Assembly (NCBI GenBank): GCA_044229975.1
Contig: JBGARZ010000002.1
Location: 544,001-608,000 of the forward strand
Source: Polyangiales bacterium
GTDB taxonomy: Bacteria > Myxococcota_A > Polyangia > Polyangiales > Ga0077539
Length of the DNA stretch: 64,000 bases
Direction: 5' to 3'
Shown here: positions 1-9,858 of the stretch, piece after piece
Layout of the letters: every line of letters begins with the position of its first letter
How positions within the stretch are numbered: position 1 is the first letter of the stretch
The notes under the pieces: model-generated
What the model was told of the DNA's origin: nothing
Seen by the model: the letters and a program-made list of their open reading frames with translations, nothing else
Database searches by the model: none
Translations under genes and position numbers: made by a program

Positions 1-119
1 CGCTGTTGGGTCACGCCTACGGAGCGAAGGGCGGGGCGCTGCGCTTCCGGCTGTTGGGAAGCGCCGCGGGGCTCGGGCTGGCGGTGCTCGCGTGGGCGCT
101 GCTCGTGGCGACGCGGTAG
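1..119 (+). CDS. 3' end of a membrane protein (partial, runs in from the left edge)
   Basis: Frame 3 reads LLGHAYGAKGGALRFRLLGSAAGLGLAVLAWALLVATR* with TAG at 117-119; hydrophobic C-terminal helix. Confidence 0.55.
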   Translation, partial: LLGHAYGAKGGALRFRLLGSAAGLGLAVLAWALLVATR

Positions 120-126
120 CGGCGGG

Positions 127-960
127 TCAGCCGGTCGGCTGGTCGGGCGTCACGATGGCCTTGGGACGTCGCTTGGGGACCTTGCGGGTCTGAAGCCTGG
201 GGATGTGATCACTGGCATCGAGTCCCCAGAGCGCCCCGGCGGCCTGCGCGACGTGGGCGTGGGCCTGGAGCATGAGCGTCCAGAGACGGTCGCGCAGGGT
301 GCGGGCCTCGCGCTGGGCCGGGGTGTACGTCGGGCGCTGGACGCCCTGCGGACGGATGAGCGCGACGAGCGCTGTGCCGATCGCGGCGGCGCGGGCGACC
401 TGCTCCGCGGTGACGGGCCCACCAGCGAAGACGAGGTTGTCGTTGTTGTAGAGCAGCGCGAGGTCGACGAGGTCGGTGGCGGCGTCGAGGGGGCCGCTGC
501 CACGGGCGATGCGCCTCACCTCGGCGGGCGAGCAGCGCCCGCCGAGGCTGAACGACCGAGCGCTGACCAGCAGCAGACGACGGAGCGGTCGCCCTTCCCG
601 CAGGAGGGTCGTGATGGCCCCCTCGGAACGGTCGCTGTCCCCGGCCCGGCGGGCGCAGTGGGCCACCGCGCGACCGATGGAGTCCATGGCGGCGAGGCGT
701 TCGATGTCGAGGCGGAACCCGGTCGCCTCGATGGCGTCGCGGACGGCGAGCACGGCGTCGCGACCGGTGAGCGCGTTGTGGATCGCGAGGCGAACGTCGA
801 CGTGGCAGGGACGGACGTCCGCAGCGGCGATGAGCCGGGCGGAGCCCAGGTGGCGGGCGACGTCGTCCTGGGCGCGGACGTCGTCGGGCAGGGCGTCCGT
901 GGCGCTCAGGGACGCGGCGTTGATGGTGACGGACTGCGTGGACTTGATGGTGTTCGTCAT
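127..960 (-). CDS. Hypothetical helical protein (277 aa)
   Basis: ATG with GGAGG SD upstream; protein-like composition; C-terminal RDRLWTLMLQAH...LWG...IPRLQTR. Confidence 0.75.
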   Translation of the reverse strand: MTNTIKSTQSVTINAASLSATDALPDDVRAQDDVARHLGSARLIAAADVRPCHVDVRLAIHNALTGRDAVLAVRDAIEATGFRLDIERLAAMDSIGRAVAHCARRAGDSDRSEGAITTLLREGRPLRRLLLVSARSFSLGGRCSPAEVRRIARGSGPLDAATDLVDLALLYNNDNLVFAGGPVTAEQVARAAAIGTALVALIRPQGVQRPTYTPAQREARTLRDRLWTLMLQAHAHVAQAAGALWGLDASDHIPRLQTRKVPKRRPKAIVTPDQPTG

Positions 961-1052
961 GGCGTAGCCTCCGCGCTCTTATCGAAGGCCCGAACGGGCA
1001 TGTTTCGCGACGGACGCATTTTCTTTCGCGAGAGCGCGGACGCGGCGCAGAA

Positions 1053-1221
1053 GGGCAGAACCGAGGGCCCCGCCACCGTGACGGTGGCCACGGGGGGCGC
1101 GAGCGAGGCCCGCGTCATCGGGACGGCGACGGAGGGAGGGCGCGAGCGAGGGGCGCACGACGGCGACGACGGCGACGGCGGGCGCGAGCGAGGGGCGCGT
1201 CACCATGACGATCGCGCCGGG
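1053..1221. repeat. Degenerate tandem repeat, 4 units of about 42 nt (alternating 21-mers), core GGGCGCGAGCGAGG
   Basis: Exact 14-mer at 1095, 1138 and 1180; weaker unit at 1053; spacings 42, 43, 42. Confidence 0.75.
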
Positions 1222-1264
1222 CCGGTCGATGTGCGACTCCACCCCCCGCGCGGCGGTGCGGGCG

Positions 1265-2659
1265 CTACGCCTGCCGGAAGAGCCGCTCGTAGTAGTCGAA
1301 CATCTCCTGCAGCCCCATCTGCGAGAAGAACGTCGAGTACGCCATCCAGATGGCGAGCCCGTTGAGGTCGCTGAAGAGCGGCGGCAGAAACTTCGGCGGG
1401 CGCACCACCCCATCCGCCACCCGCGACCACAACACCGGCACGTCCTCGTGCGCGACCTTCCCCACGAAGAGGAAGCGCACCAGCTCAGGCCGCGCGGCGC
1501 CGATCGCCGAGCGGATGAAGTGGTAGTTCGACACCAGGCCCTTCGTGTACGAGATGTCCTTCGTGAAGGGCGATCCGCCGCCCGTCGGGCCGCCGCGAAA
1601 CACACGCCGCGCGGCGTTGAAGCACTCCTCCTCTTCGTACCCTTCGGTGCGGTGCCACTCGAAGATGTCGAGGAAGTCCGCGCCGTCCTCGGCCTTGTCG
1701 ATGGCGATCACCCGCTCGTTCAACCGACGCGCGCGGCGCGGGTGGCTGCGGAAGGTGAGCACCTCCATCAACACCGCCAGTCCCTCCTGCACCGCGGTCG
1801 TGCGCGGCGGGCCCTTGGAGAGCCAGCGCGCCACATGCTGATTGGCGCCGTTGAGGCTCGTCGCGACGTGAACCCACCCCTCGTGAACCTCCAGGATGTC
1901 CACGTCCACCTGGCTGAAGCGCGCCCCGCCGCGGATCTTCACGTAGTCCCCGCCGGCCGCCGCGTCGGCGATGATGCCGTCGTCGATCGCCACGTTGACC
2001 GCCGATTCGCCGAAGTATCTCGTGAACCGCTCCTGGAGGATGTCGACCACCTGTGGGCCGTCGAGGTCGCGCGGCGGCTGCAGACCGAGCGTCGGTTCGT
2101 CGAGGCTGTTGAGCAGGGTGTAGAGCGTGTGCGCGATCTCGCGGACCTTGGTGTGGCCGTCGGGAAACGTGTCCTTCGGCGAGCCATAGAGGCGTCGCGA
2201 GTAGTCGTAGAACTCCGGCGTCCCCCGGACCATCAGCATGGCGCACACGTCGCGGTACTCCAGGCACGTCTCGCGGAGGATGCGCGCGAGCGCGTCGTCG
2301 GCCCCGAGCTCGCGACGGACGGCGTCGGCGAGGTCCTGGAAGTCACGACCGCGGGCGACGGGGTCGAAGCCCAGGTCGAGGCGCTGGTACCAGTCGGCGT
2401 CCAGGCGCGGTGGCTCCTTGAAGCGCGAGCGACGGAAGGTCTCCCACGCGTTGGCCTCCCACTTGAGCGCGTTGAGGATGCGAATCGGGCGCTGCGCCTC
2501 GGTCACCCGATCGGCGAGTGAAGCGACGCGCTCCTTGTACGAGCGCCACGGCCCCTCCGGTGGCGGCGGTGGGACGAGCTCGATCGCCTCGTTGGCGGGC
2601 TCCTCGCTCCGGACGCCCCGCCCTTCAGCGCGGATCGAAATCTCTCTGACGCGGGGCAT
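1265..2659 (-). CDS. QEGLA-motif protein (DUF1704 / MATCAP-like Tyr/Phe carboxypeptidase family)
   Basis: HEGWVH (HExxxH) and VQEGLA motifs, FTKDISY; start trimmed to MPRVRE, overlapping the rimI stop (TGATG). Confidence 0.85.
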   Translation of the reverse strand: MPRVREISIRAEGRGVRSEEPANEAIELVPPPPPEGPWRSYKERVASLADRVTEAQRPIRILNALKWEANAWETFRRSRFKEPPRLDADWYQRLDLGFDPVARGRDFQDLADAVRRELGADDALARILRETCLEYRDVCAMLMVRGTPEFYDYSRRLYGSPKDTFPDGHTKVREIAHTLYTLLNSLDEPTLGLQPPRDLDGPQVVDILQERFTRYFGESAVNVAIDDGIIADAAAGGDYVKIRGGARFSQVDVDILEVHEGWVHVATSLNGANQHVARWLSKGPPRTTAVQEGLAVLMEVLTFRSHPRRARRLNERVIAIDKAEDGADFLDIFEWHRTEGYEEEECFNAARRVFRGGPTGGGSPFTKDISYTKGLVSNYHFIRSAIGAARPELVRFLFVGKVAHEDVPVLWSRVADGVVRPPKFLPPLFSDLNGLAIWMAYSTFFSQMGLQEMFDYYERLFRQA

Positions 2660-3153
2660 CAACGAACACCGTAGTCCGCCCCCCGACGCCCCGCCAAGGA
2701 ACCCTCCAACCCGCACCGCATCACGAGCGCGTCTTCGCCGTCGTCGTAGTAACCGCGGCGCTCGGCCACGACCTCGAAGCCGCGCGATCGGTAGAGCGCC
2801 TGCGCGGGCGCGTTGCTGCGGCGCACCTCCAGCAACGCAGCGCGCGCACCCTCCGCAAACACCTCCACCAGAAGGCGATCGAGCAGCAGCGCAGCGAAGC
2901 CACGTCGCTGCCACTCGGGGCGCGTCGCGACGAAGTGCACCTCGAACTCATCGGCCACCAGCCACCCGTCGATGAAGGCCGCGATGCCTTCCCCTCCGGG
3001 GAGCTCTGCCACCAGCACCCGCGCCCATCCGCGCGTGAGCTCGGCGGCCAGCAGGTCTTCGGCCTCGTCGCGGCCGAAGCACGCGCGCTCGATGGTCGCC
3101 AGTCGCGGGACGTCTGCCATCACCGCGGCGCGCACGAGCGGGGCGTCAACCAT
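2659..3153 (-). CDS. rimI: Ribosomal protein S18 alanine N-acetyltransferase (GNAT)
   Basis: VATRPEWQRRGFA, LEVRRSNAPAQALY, RRGYYDDGEDALVM. Confidence 0.9.
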   Translation of the reverse strand: MVDAPLVRAAVMADVPRLATIERACFGRDEAEDLLAAELTRGWARVLVAELPGGEGIAAFIDGWLVADEFEVHFVATRPEWQRRGFAALLLDRLLVEVFAEGARAALLEVRRSNAPAQALYRSRGFEVVAERRGYYDDGEDALVMRCGLEGSLAGRRGADYGVR

Positions 3154-3829
3154 CGCGAAACCGTCGCACGCGAATGCGGCTGCCGAGCGCGCGAAAGTAC
3201 TGCCGCAGCGCCCGCGGGAGCCCGCGGCGGATGAGCTCCAGCCGCACGGCCGCGCGTCCCTCGGAGGGCGTCGCCGCGGCCTCGACCAGCGGGCGATAGC
3301 GGTCTTGTTCGAGGGCCGCGCGGAGGTCGTCGTCCGAGGGTTCGAGGAGCTCGGGCCGACGCGAGAGCAGGTACCGCTCGCTCACCACGCGCCGACGGAG
3401 GAGCGCGTCGAACTCGGCCGCGGAGGTTCGCGTCTCACGCAGGAGCCCGTTGACCCCGCCCGTCGGCGCCATCCGCGTGTCGAGGAGCTGTCGCGTCGCC
3501 GCGAGCTCCGCGGGGTCGACCGTGTCGAGGCCCGCGCGCTGCGCCTCGCGGGTCACCACCGTCTCCGCCATGAGCTGTTCGAGCACCGGGATCGACACCG
3601 ACTCGTCGACCCGGACATGGAGGGCGTCGGGCGCACCACGCGCGGCGAGCTCGGTGCGCAGCAGCAGGACGTAGTCGCTCTGGAGCACGAAGCGCGGCGT
3701 CGGATCGGACTCCGGCTCGATGGACGCGATGACCGCGTCGAGCCCGACCTCCCCGGGGGCGGTGGGGGCGCGCACCACCGCCTCGGCGCCCAGGAGCTGC
3801 GCCGCGAGGCCCCAGGCCCACAGCCCCAT
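3146..3829 (-). CDS. Exported protein, SurA N-terminal-domain-like
   Basis: LDAVIASI...VLQSD, VLEQLMAETVVTREAQRAGL, terminal IRVRRF pattern; coupled to its neighbours. Confidence 0.55.
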   Translation of the reverse strand: MGLWAWGLAAQLLGAEAVVRAPTAPGEVGLDAVIASIEPESDPTPRFVLQSDYVLLLRTELAARGAPDALHVRVDESVSIPVLEQLMAETVVTREAQRAGLDTVDPAELAATRQLLDTRMAPTGGVNGLLRETRTSAAEFDALLRRRVVSERYLLSRRPELLEPSDDDLRAALEQDRYRPLVEAAATPSEGRAAVRLELIRRGLPRALRQYFRALGSRIRVRRFRDG

Positions 3830-4531
3830 TCAGCCCTCGTCGTCGCGGCCGTCGGGCGACTCGGACGCAGCGGCCTGCCCCCGATCGCGCAGCCACTCCA
3901 GGAAGGCGAGCGCCGTCTCCAGGTCGCGCGACGGCACGCCATCGACGGCATCGCGCAGCCGACGCCGGGTGCCCTCGATGCCCATGCGCGCGCGGCGCAG
4001 CGTCTCGACGGCCTCGTCCTCGGCCGGGGTCTCGGCGCTCTCCTCGGGCGGCGGCGGCGTCCACACCGCGCGCGGAACCGCTTCGAGGTCATGGGACTCC
4101 AGCCACGCCTCCATGCACGAACGCAGACGCTCGGTGCGAAACTGGAACCACCGCTCGCGATCGGCGGGGAAGGTCAGCAGCACATCCTTGAAGCGGCGAA
4201 ACGCGCCCTTCCCATCGATGGCAGCGACGAGACGCGGGCGCAGCTCCCCTTCGGGAACGGTCGCGATGAAGCGCTCCATCCAGCGGTACTGCTCGCGCGA
4301 GGACACCGGGTCGACGCGCAGGTAGCTCGCGTCGATGGTGATGCGCTGGTGCATCGTCGGGTCGGCCACGCCGTCGACCACGCGCAGCACCTCGCCCGTC
4401 GCGCGGTGCAGGTACGAGTGCACCTCCGGCGCGTTGTTTTCGAACGCGTCCTCCAGGGCCTCCCAGGAGATCTCCAGCCGCACCTTCTCCGTCGTCTCGG
4501 ACTTCTCGGTCGGCGTCTCTTCGTCGGTCAT
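3830..4531 (-). CDS. UPF0158 family protein
   Basis: SYLHRATGEV, SSREQYRWMERFI, AIDGKGAFRRFKDVL, ERWFQFR; start trimmed to MTDEETP. Confidence 0.85.
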   Translation of the reverse strand: MTDEETPTEKSETTEKVRLEISWEALEDAFENNAPEVHSYLHRATGEVLRVVDGVADPTMHQRITIDASYLRVDPVSSREQYRWMERFIATVPEGELRPRLVAAIDGKGAFRRFKDVLLTFPADRERWFQFRTERLRSCMEAWLESHDLEAVPRAVWTPPPPEESAETPAEDEAVETLRRARMGIEGTRRRLRDAVDGVPSRDLETALAFLEWLRDRGQAAASESPDGRDDEG

Positions 4532-4538
4532 CGCTGTT

Positions 4539-6032
4539 TCAGCCTTGTTCCAGCAGGGCGCGCGCCACGGCGGACTTCCACCGCGAACGCAGCGCGGACA
4601 CCCGCTCTTCCGACATCGCGCCCGGCGCAAACGATCGCTCGACGGGCAGCGCGCCCGCGATGTCGTCGCGCGAAGCCACCAGCCCCGCGCCCAGCGCCGC
4701 GAGCATCCCCGCGCCCAGCGCGGTCGTCTCCAGCACCCGCGGTCGCACCACCGTCGTGCCGCTCACATCCGCCTGCGTCTGCATCAACAGGTCGTTGGCC
4801 GACGCCCCGCCGTCCACCCGCATCGACCCGATGGGCGCGCCCGCGTCCGCCGACATCGCCGCCACGAGGTCGCCGATCTCCAGCGCGATGCCCTCCAGCG
4901 CCGCTCGCGCGAGGTGCGCCCGCGTCGTGTCGCGACCGAGCCCGGAGATGAGCCCCCTCGCCCGCGGCGCCCAGTACGGCGCCCCGAGGCCCGTCAGCGC
5001 CGGGACAAACACCACCTCGCCCGCGTCTTCCACCTGCCGGGCGAGCGCTTCGATCTCCGACGACTCGCGGATGAGCCCGAGCCCGTCGCGTAGCCACTGC
5101 ACCGCCGCCCCCGCGATGAACGCGCTGCCCTCCAGCGCGTAGGCCACCTCGCCCGGGATGCGCCAGCCCACCGTCGTCAACAGCCGGTGCTTCGAGGGCA
5201 AGGGGTTGGGACCGACGTTCATCAGCACGAAGGCGCCCGTGCCGTAGGTGCACTTCACGTCGCCGACCTTGAAGCACCCTTGGCCGAAGAGCGCCGCCTG
5301 CTGATCGCCCGCGATGCCCGCGATGGGGATGCCGTCTGGCAGGCCGGGCACTGCCCGCGTGACGCCGACCACACCGGCGCTCGACACCACCTCGGGCAAC
5401 ACCTTGCGCGGGACGCCGAGCGCCGCGAGCAGCTCGTCGTCCCAGTCGAGGGACTCGAGCGCGAGCAGGAGCGTGCGCGACGCGTTGGAGACGTCGGTGA
5501 CGTGCGCGCCGCCCGTCAGCCGGTTGATGAGCCAGGTGTCGATGGTGCCAAACGCGAGCTCGCCTCGCTGGGCACGGGCGCGGGCTCCGTCGACGTGATC
5601 GAGCAGCCAGGCGATCTTGGTGCCCGAGAAGTAGGGGTCGAGCAGGAGACCAGCGCGCTGGTAGACGAGCGTCTCGACGCCCTTCGCACGGAGCGCATCG
5701 CACTCCGGGGCCGTGCGCCGGTCTTGCCAGACGATGGCGCGGTGGATGGGCTTGCCCGTCGCGCGGTCCCACAGCAGGGTGGTCTCGCGCTGGTTGGTGA
5801 TGCCGATGGCGCGCACCTCGGAGCCCGAGCGGTTGGACTGCGCGAGCGCCCCGGCGATGGCCTCGACGACCGTCGACCAGATCTCCTCGCCGTCGTGCTC
5901 GACCTGCCCCGGCTTCGGGAAGTGCTGCGGCACCGGGACGGTGGCGCGACCGAGCACGCGGGCCTCGGTGTCGAGGAGGAGCACCGTGGTGCCCGTGGTG
6001 CCTTGATCGATGGCAAGGATGGTCTCTGCCAT
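4539..6032 (-). CDS. glpK: Glycerol kinase
   Basis: [57 protein letters not shown]. Confidence 0.97.
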   Translation of the reverse strand: MAETILAIDQGTTGTTVLLLDTEARVLGRATVPVPQHFPKPGQVEHDGEEIWSTVVEAIAGALAQSNRSGSEVRAIGITNQRETTLLWDRATGKPIHRAIVWQDRRTAPECDALRAKGVETLVYQRAGLLLDPYFSGTKIAWLLDHVDGARARAQRGELAFGTIDTWLINRLTGGAHVTDVSNASRTLLLALESLDWDDELLAALGVPRKVLPEVVSSAGVVGVTRAVPGLPDGIPIAGIAGDQQAALFGQGCFKVGDVKCTYGTGAFVLMNVGPNPLPSKHRLLTTVGWRIPGEVAYALEGSAFIAGAAVQWLRDGLGLIRESSEIEALARQVEDAGEVVFVPALTGLGAPYWAPRARGLISGLGRDTTRAHLARAALEGIALEIGDLVAAMSADAGAPIGSMRVDGGASANDLLMQTQADVSGTTVVRPRVLETTALGAGMLAALGAGLVASRDDIAGALPVERSFAPGAMSEERVSALRSRWKSAVARALLEQG

Positions 6033-6142
6033 GGTGCTAGTGCCTCCGGGTGTATCGGTTCCGCGGGGGTGGTGGCAAGCAGCGATCGCGGCGCGAGGGG
6101 CGATCGGGCGCCACCGCGAGGCCGGTGGTACGCTCGCCGACC

Positions 6143-6748
6143 ATGATGAGCCGCGAGGAGTTCGAGAGGGTGGTGCGGGCGATGCGGGCGGAGGGTGTTC
6201 CGCTGTCGATGCCCAACCTGATGGTGCGTACCGAGCTGCCGCGGCACACCATCCAGGACTGGCTCGACGACCTCGACAAGCCGAAGAAGGAAGACGACGC
6301 GACCGCGTCGTCGAAGACCGTCGCGGGCAAGGGGGTCGACGCCATCGACCAGCTCCGCGAGAGCATCGGCGCCCTCAAGGACCGCGTCGTGAAGGACGCC
6401 GCCACGAAGGTCGTGCGCGAGAAGCTCGGCCTCGACGACGACGACGCGCCGAAGTCCCGCTCGTCGTCGAAGGCGAAGCGCGCGAAGCGTGACCTCCGCG
6501 TCGCCGCCGGCCTCGGTCTGCTCGGTGGCCCGTTCGGGCTCCTCTACGCCGCGCCGCTGCTGACCGCGGGCATCGCGAGCGCCGTCTACCTCGCGGTCGT
6601 GCTCGTGCTGCTCTTCGTCCCGCTCATCGGAACGGCCTTTCTCTTCTACCTCGTCCCGCTGGTGCATCTCGCCTGCGCGGCGCTGGGCCCCGCCTACGCG
6701 TGGCGCTTCAACCGCGTCGGCGCCCGCTCCGCCCTACTGCCCTCCTGA
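6143..6748 (+). CDS. Membrane protein with N-terminal HTH-like segment
   Basis: N-terminal [21 protein letters not shown], charged middle region, hydrophobic C-terminal third. Confidence 0.7.
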   Translation: MMSREEFERVVRAMRAEGVPLSMPNLMVRTELPRHTIQDWLDDLDKPKKEDDATASSKTVAGKGVDAIDQLRESIGALKDRVVKDAATKVVREKLGLDDDDAPKSRSSSKAKRAKRDLRVAAGLGLLGGPFGLLYAAPLLTAGIASAVYLAVVLVLLFVPLIGTAFLFYLVPLVHLACAALGPAYAWRFNRVGARSALLPS

Positions 6749-8488
6749 CCCCACCGACACCTCGGCCTCGACCCAGCCGACGCGGCACGCGCCGACCCGG
6801 ATGCGGAGCGTTCCGCGACCGCGCACCACCTGCTCCACGACGCGCGTCCCGAGGTTGCCTCGGCTGCGCTGGAAGAAGATCGACGCGTTGCCGAAGAGCC
6901 CGCGGCCCCACCCTTCGAGGTGACCGAGCGCGTGGCGCCCTTCGCCCCCCACCATCGAGACGCCGTCGCCGCGAAGGTCGAGCGACAAGGGCTCGTTGAA
7001 GGCGAGCTTCTTCGCCGAGGCGAGGCCCGCGGTGCCGAGGTACCCGTCATTGCGAACGGTCACCCGCACCAGCGTGTGGTCGCCTTCGAGGGGAACGGTC
7101 TCGACCGCGCCGATGGAGACCGAGGGCGCCAGCGCCGCGACGCGGAGGAAGGCTTGCGCGTGCTGTACGCAGACGCCGCCGAGGAGGTCGAAGGGCGGGT
7201 TCCAGATGCCGACGCGCGGGTCGACGCCGCCGATCTCCACGTCGCCGAGCTGCGGGTGCACCGTCGGTCGCCAGCGGCGGAAGATGCGCCCGGCGTTGCG
7301 GGCCTCGTCCCAGCGCGCGAGCGTGAGCAGGTCGTCGCGCGTGAGCTGGGTGTAGTGGTCGACGAAGGGCTTCTTGCGCGCGATGCCGAGCTGCTTGAAG
7401 AGGTCCCAGAGCTCGCAGACGTACGCGAGCGCGCCGCGCTGCTTGTAGGCGTAGTCGGTGAGGTCGCCGTGCAGGGGCTTGTCGGGCTGGTAGAGAAACT
7501 CCTCGTAGCCCGACACCATCGGATAGCCCGTGAGCGCCTCGCCCCACTGCCCGACCTGCCGGTAGATGGCGAGGTCTTCGACGTCCATCTTCGCGTCGGG
7601 CTCGTGCCCGGGTGGCCGGATGAACACCCCGCCGAAGGTGTGCAGGTTGAGCCACGCGAAGATCTCCGGATGGCGGCTCGCGTGCTCGACGACGGCGCGG
7701 CTCTCGGGCTCGCTCGTGGGGTGGGCGCCCGCTCCGGCCTGCTCGGGCTCGGGCATCCAGCTCCAGGGGAAGTTGCGGTTGAGGTCGGTGTCGTTGTCGT
7801 CGAGGAAGTGCGGCGACGGGACGTGGCGACCGTCGAAGTTCTCGATGAGCCCTTCGGGGTACACCTTGTAGAAGGGCCCCTCGTCGTCGATGGTGCGCGG
7901 CACCAGCAGGCCGGGGAAGTCCGCCGCGTCGACGTACTCGCCGCCCGGGTCGCGCACCCGCATGACCTGCGCGAGACCGTCGCCGTCGACGTCACAGGAG
8001 CGCCACCGCGCGTGCTGCTGGTTGGGCCGCCGGTCGCGCGGGTTGGAGCGCACGTAGCGACCGTCGGTGAGCACCGCCTCCGCGCCGTCGGGACACACCC
8101 GCGGGACGACGTGGAAGAGCACCTCCTTCAGCCGCGCGCACACGGCGGGCGAGAGGCGATGGACGGCGCCCTGGAGGTGCAGCCGGATGACGTCCTCGGC
8201 GATGGCCAGCGCCACGCTCGACCCGCACACCTCGGAGGCGTGCATGTTGCCGTCGACCCACACCGTCGGGCGCACCCGATCGGGCTCGGGGCCCACGATG
8301 AGGAGCCACAGGTCGCGCCCCTCCAACGAGCGCCCGATGGAGCGCAGCGTGACCAGCGAGGGGAAGGCCGCGGCCCAGGCGTGGAGTTGGGATTCGAGCT
8401 CGGCCTGCTTGAGGTACCGGCCGCGGAAGCCCTTGGAGACACCTTCGAGGCGAGCGATGTCGTCGTTCATGGGGCGGGTCTCCTTCAC
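6734..8488 (-). CDS. M14 family zinc carboxypeptidase
   Basis: GNMHASE (HxxE), DLNRNFP, SEPESRAV, NLHTFGG; alternative start at 8470. Confidence 0.9.
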   Translation of the reverse strand: MKETRPMNDDIARLEGVSKGFRGRYLKQAELESQLHAWAAAFPSLVTLRSIGRSLEGRDLWLLIVGPEPDRVRPTVWVDGNMHASEVCGSSVALAIAEDVIRLHLQGAVHRLSPAVCARLKEVLFHVVPRVCPDGAEAVLTDGRYVRSNPRDRRPNQQHARWRSCDVDGDGLAQVMRVRDPGGEYVDAADFPGLLVPRTIDDEGPFYKVYPEGLIENFDGRHVPSPHFLDDNDTDLNRNFPWSWMPEPEQAGAGAHPTSEPESRAVVEHASRHPEIFAWLNLHTFGGVFIRPPGHEPDAKMDVEDLAIYRQVGQWGEALTGYPMVSGYEEFLYQPDKPLHGDLTDYAYKQRGALAYVCELWDLFKQLGIARKKPFVDHYTQLTRDDLLTLARWDEARNAGRIFRRWRPTVHPQLGDVEIGGVDPRVGIWNPPFDLLGGVCVQHAQAFLRVAALAPSVSIGAVETVPLEGDHTLVRVTVRNDGYLGTAGLASAKKLAFNEPLSLDLRGDGVSMVGGEGRHALGHLEGWGRGLFGNASIFFQRSRGNLGTRVVEQVVRGRGTLRIRVGACRVGWVEAEVSVGSGGQ

Positions 8489-9756
8489 GGGTACCAGGTG
8501 GTCATGCCGAGGAGCAGCGTGTCCTGCTCGCGGGCGTTGGGGATGTAGGCGCCGTCCATGGACTGCATGACGTTGCCGCGGTGGAAGAGCGCGCCGTCGG
8601 ACTGATCGTGACGGTACTCCAGGCGCATCGACACGTTGGGGTGCGGACGCGCGTCGAGCGTCACGGTGCCGGAGCCCACCGTCGCCGCGCCGTCGAGGAA
8701 CATCCCGCTCGCCCCCTCGGGCACCACCTCGTGGAGGACGTCGGCGCGCACGGCCGCGTAGAGCCAGCGGGTGAGCTTCACGCGCCCATAGAGCGCGAGG
8801 CCCGCGAAGAGGCTGTCGCCGAAGCGGTTGCTCTCATAGCCGCCGAAGAAGTTGCCGCTCACCGAGAAGCGCTGGCCCAGCGGCCAGTGCAGCCACGCGT
8901 CGACGACGTGACGCGCGGCGGGACCCTCGGGCGCACCTTCGGGGCGCTCGACGCCGAGGCCGTACTGCACCGAGGCATAGCGCAGGGTTTCGAGGTCTTC
9001 CTCGTCGTTGTCGCGGCACCCCTCGCCTGTCGGGCGGCCCGCCCAGAACCACGTGAGGATGCCCGTCTTGCCGGGCGATCGGTCGTCGGTGATCTGGTCC
9101 CAGCCGTTGAAGACGCCGAGGGTGAGCTCGTGGCGGCAGTTGAGCGGAACCGTCACGCGAGCGCCCGCCACCTGCGACGGCGAGACGGCGAAGAGGTTGG
9201 AGGACGACCAGTTCCAGTTGTCGTGCACCGAGAGGTCTTCGATGGTGAAGGGCGCGACGTAGAGCCCCGCGTCGATGGTGACGCCGTGGCCCAGCGGCGT
9301 GCGCCACGCGACGGTGGCCTCCTGCACGATGCGCCACAGGAGGTCGCTCTCCAGCGAGCGCGTGGTCCCCTCGGGCGAGCCGATGGTCTCGGTGATGACG
9401 CCGGTCTGGAGCGCCACGCGGCCCGACACCGGGCCGAGCGCCCAGTCGGCGCTCAGCACGACGTTTTGCAGCGAGAGCAGGTCGTGGCGGCGGTCGTAGT
9501 AGCGCAGCTCGTTGGTGCCGCTCGAAGGGCGGTTGAAGTTGTACGAGTAGAAGGCCTCGATGTAGCCGCCGAAGCTCACCGAGCGCCCGCTGTCCCCCTC
9601 GGGCAACGGAGGAACGGCCTCCGGGCGGTTGGGCGTCGGCGGCGTGGCCGTCGGATCGGGCGGCGGCGCAGGCGGGCTCTGGGCGAGCGCCGTCGACTCC
9701 AGTGCACAGCAGATGGCCCACCCCCCGACGCCCACCAGCCCCCGTCGCACCGTCAT
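8485..9756 (-). CDS. Outer-membrane beta-barrel porin (BBP2/DUF1597-like)
   Basis: Signal peptide, FGGYIEAFYSYNFNRP, NWNWSSS, GVFNGWD, RLEYRHD, aromatic C-terminus; start trimmed to MTVRRG. Confidence 0.8.
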   Translation of the reverse strand: MTVRRGLVGVGGWAICCALESTALAQSPPAPPPDPTATPPTPNRPEAVPPLPEGDSGRSVSFGGYIEAFYSYNFNRPSSGTNELRYYDRRHDLLSLQNVVLSADWALGPVSGRVALQTGVITETIGSPEGTTRSLESDLLWRIVQEATVAWRTPLGHGVTIDAGLYVAPFTIEDLSVHDNWNWSSSNLFAVSPSQVAGARVTVPLNCRHELTLGVFNGWDQITDDRSPGKTGILTWFWAGRPTGEGCRDNDEEDLETLRYASVQYGLGVERPEGAPEGPAARHVVDAWLHWPLGQRFSVSGNFFGGYESNRFGDSLFAGLALYGRVKLTRWLYAAVRADVLHEVVPEGASGMFLDGAATVGSGTVTLDARPHPNVSMRLEYRHDQSDGALFHRGNVMQSMDGAYIPNAREQDTLLLGMTTWYP

Positions 9757-9858
9757 CTCGCAACCACCTCGCGGCCGACTATCGCCCACCCACGCGACGC
9801 GATGGAACTCCCTTCGCTCGTTGACAACCTCTCCGTCGCCCACGAAGCATCGCGGACC

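Noticed and set aside
1053..1221. Repeat-spacer pattern read as a mini CRISPR array
   Set aside because: The conserved core is only 14 nt, the 'spacers' resemble each other, and there is no leader or cas gene
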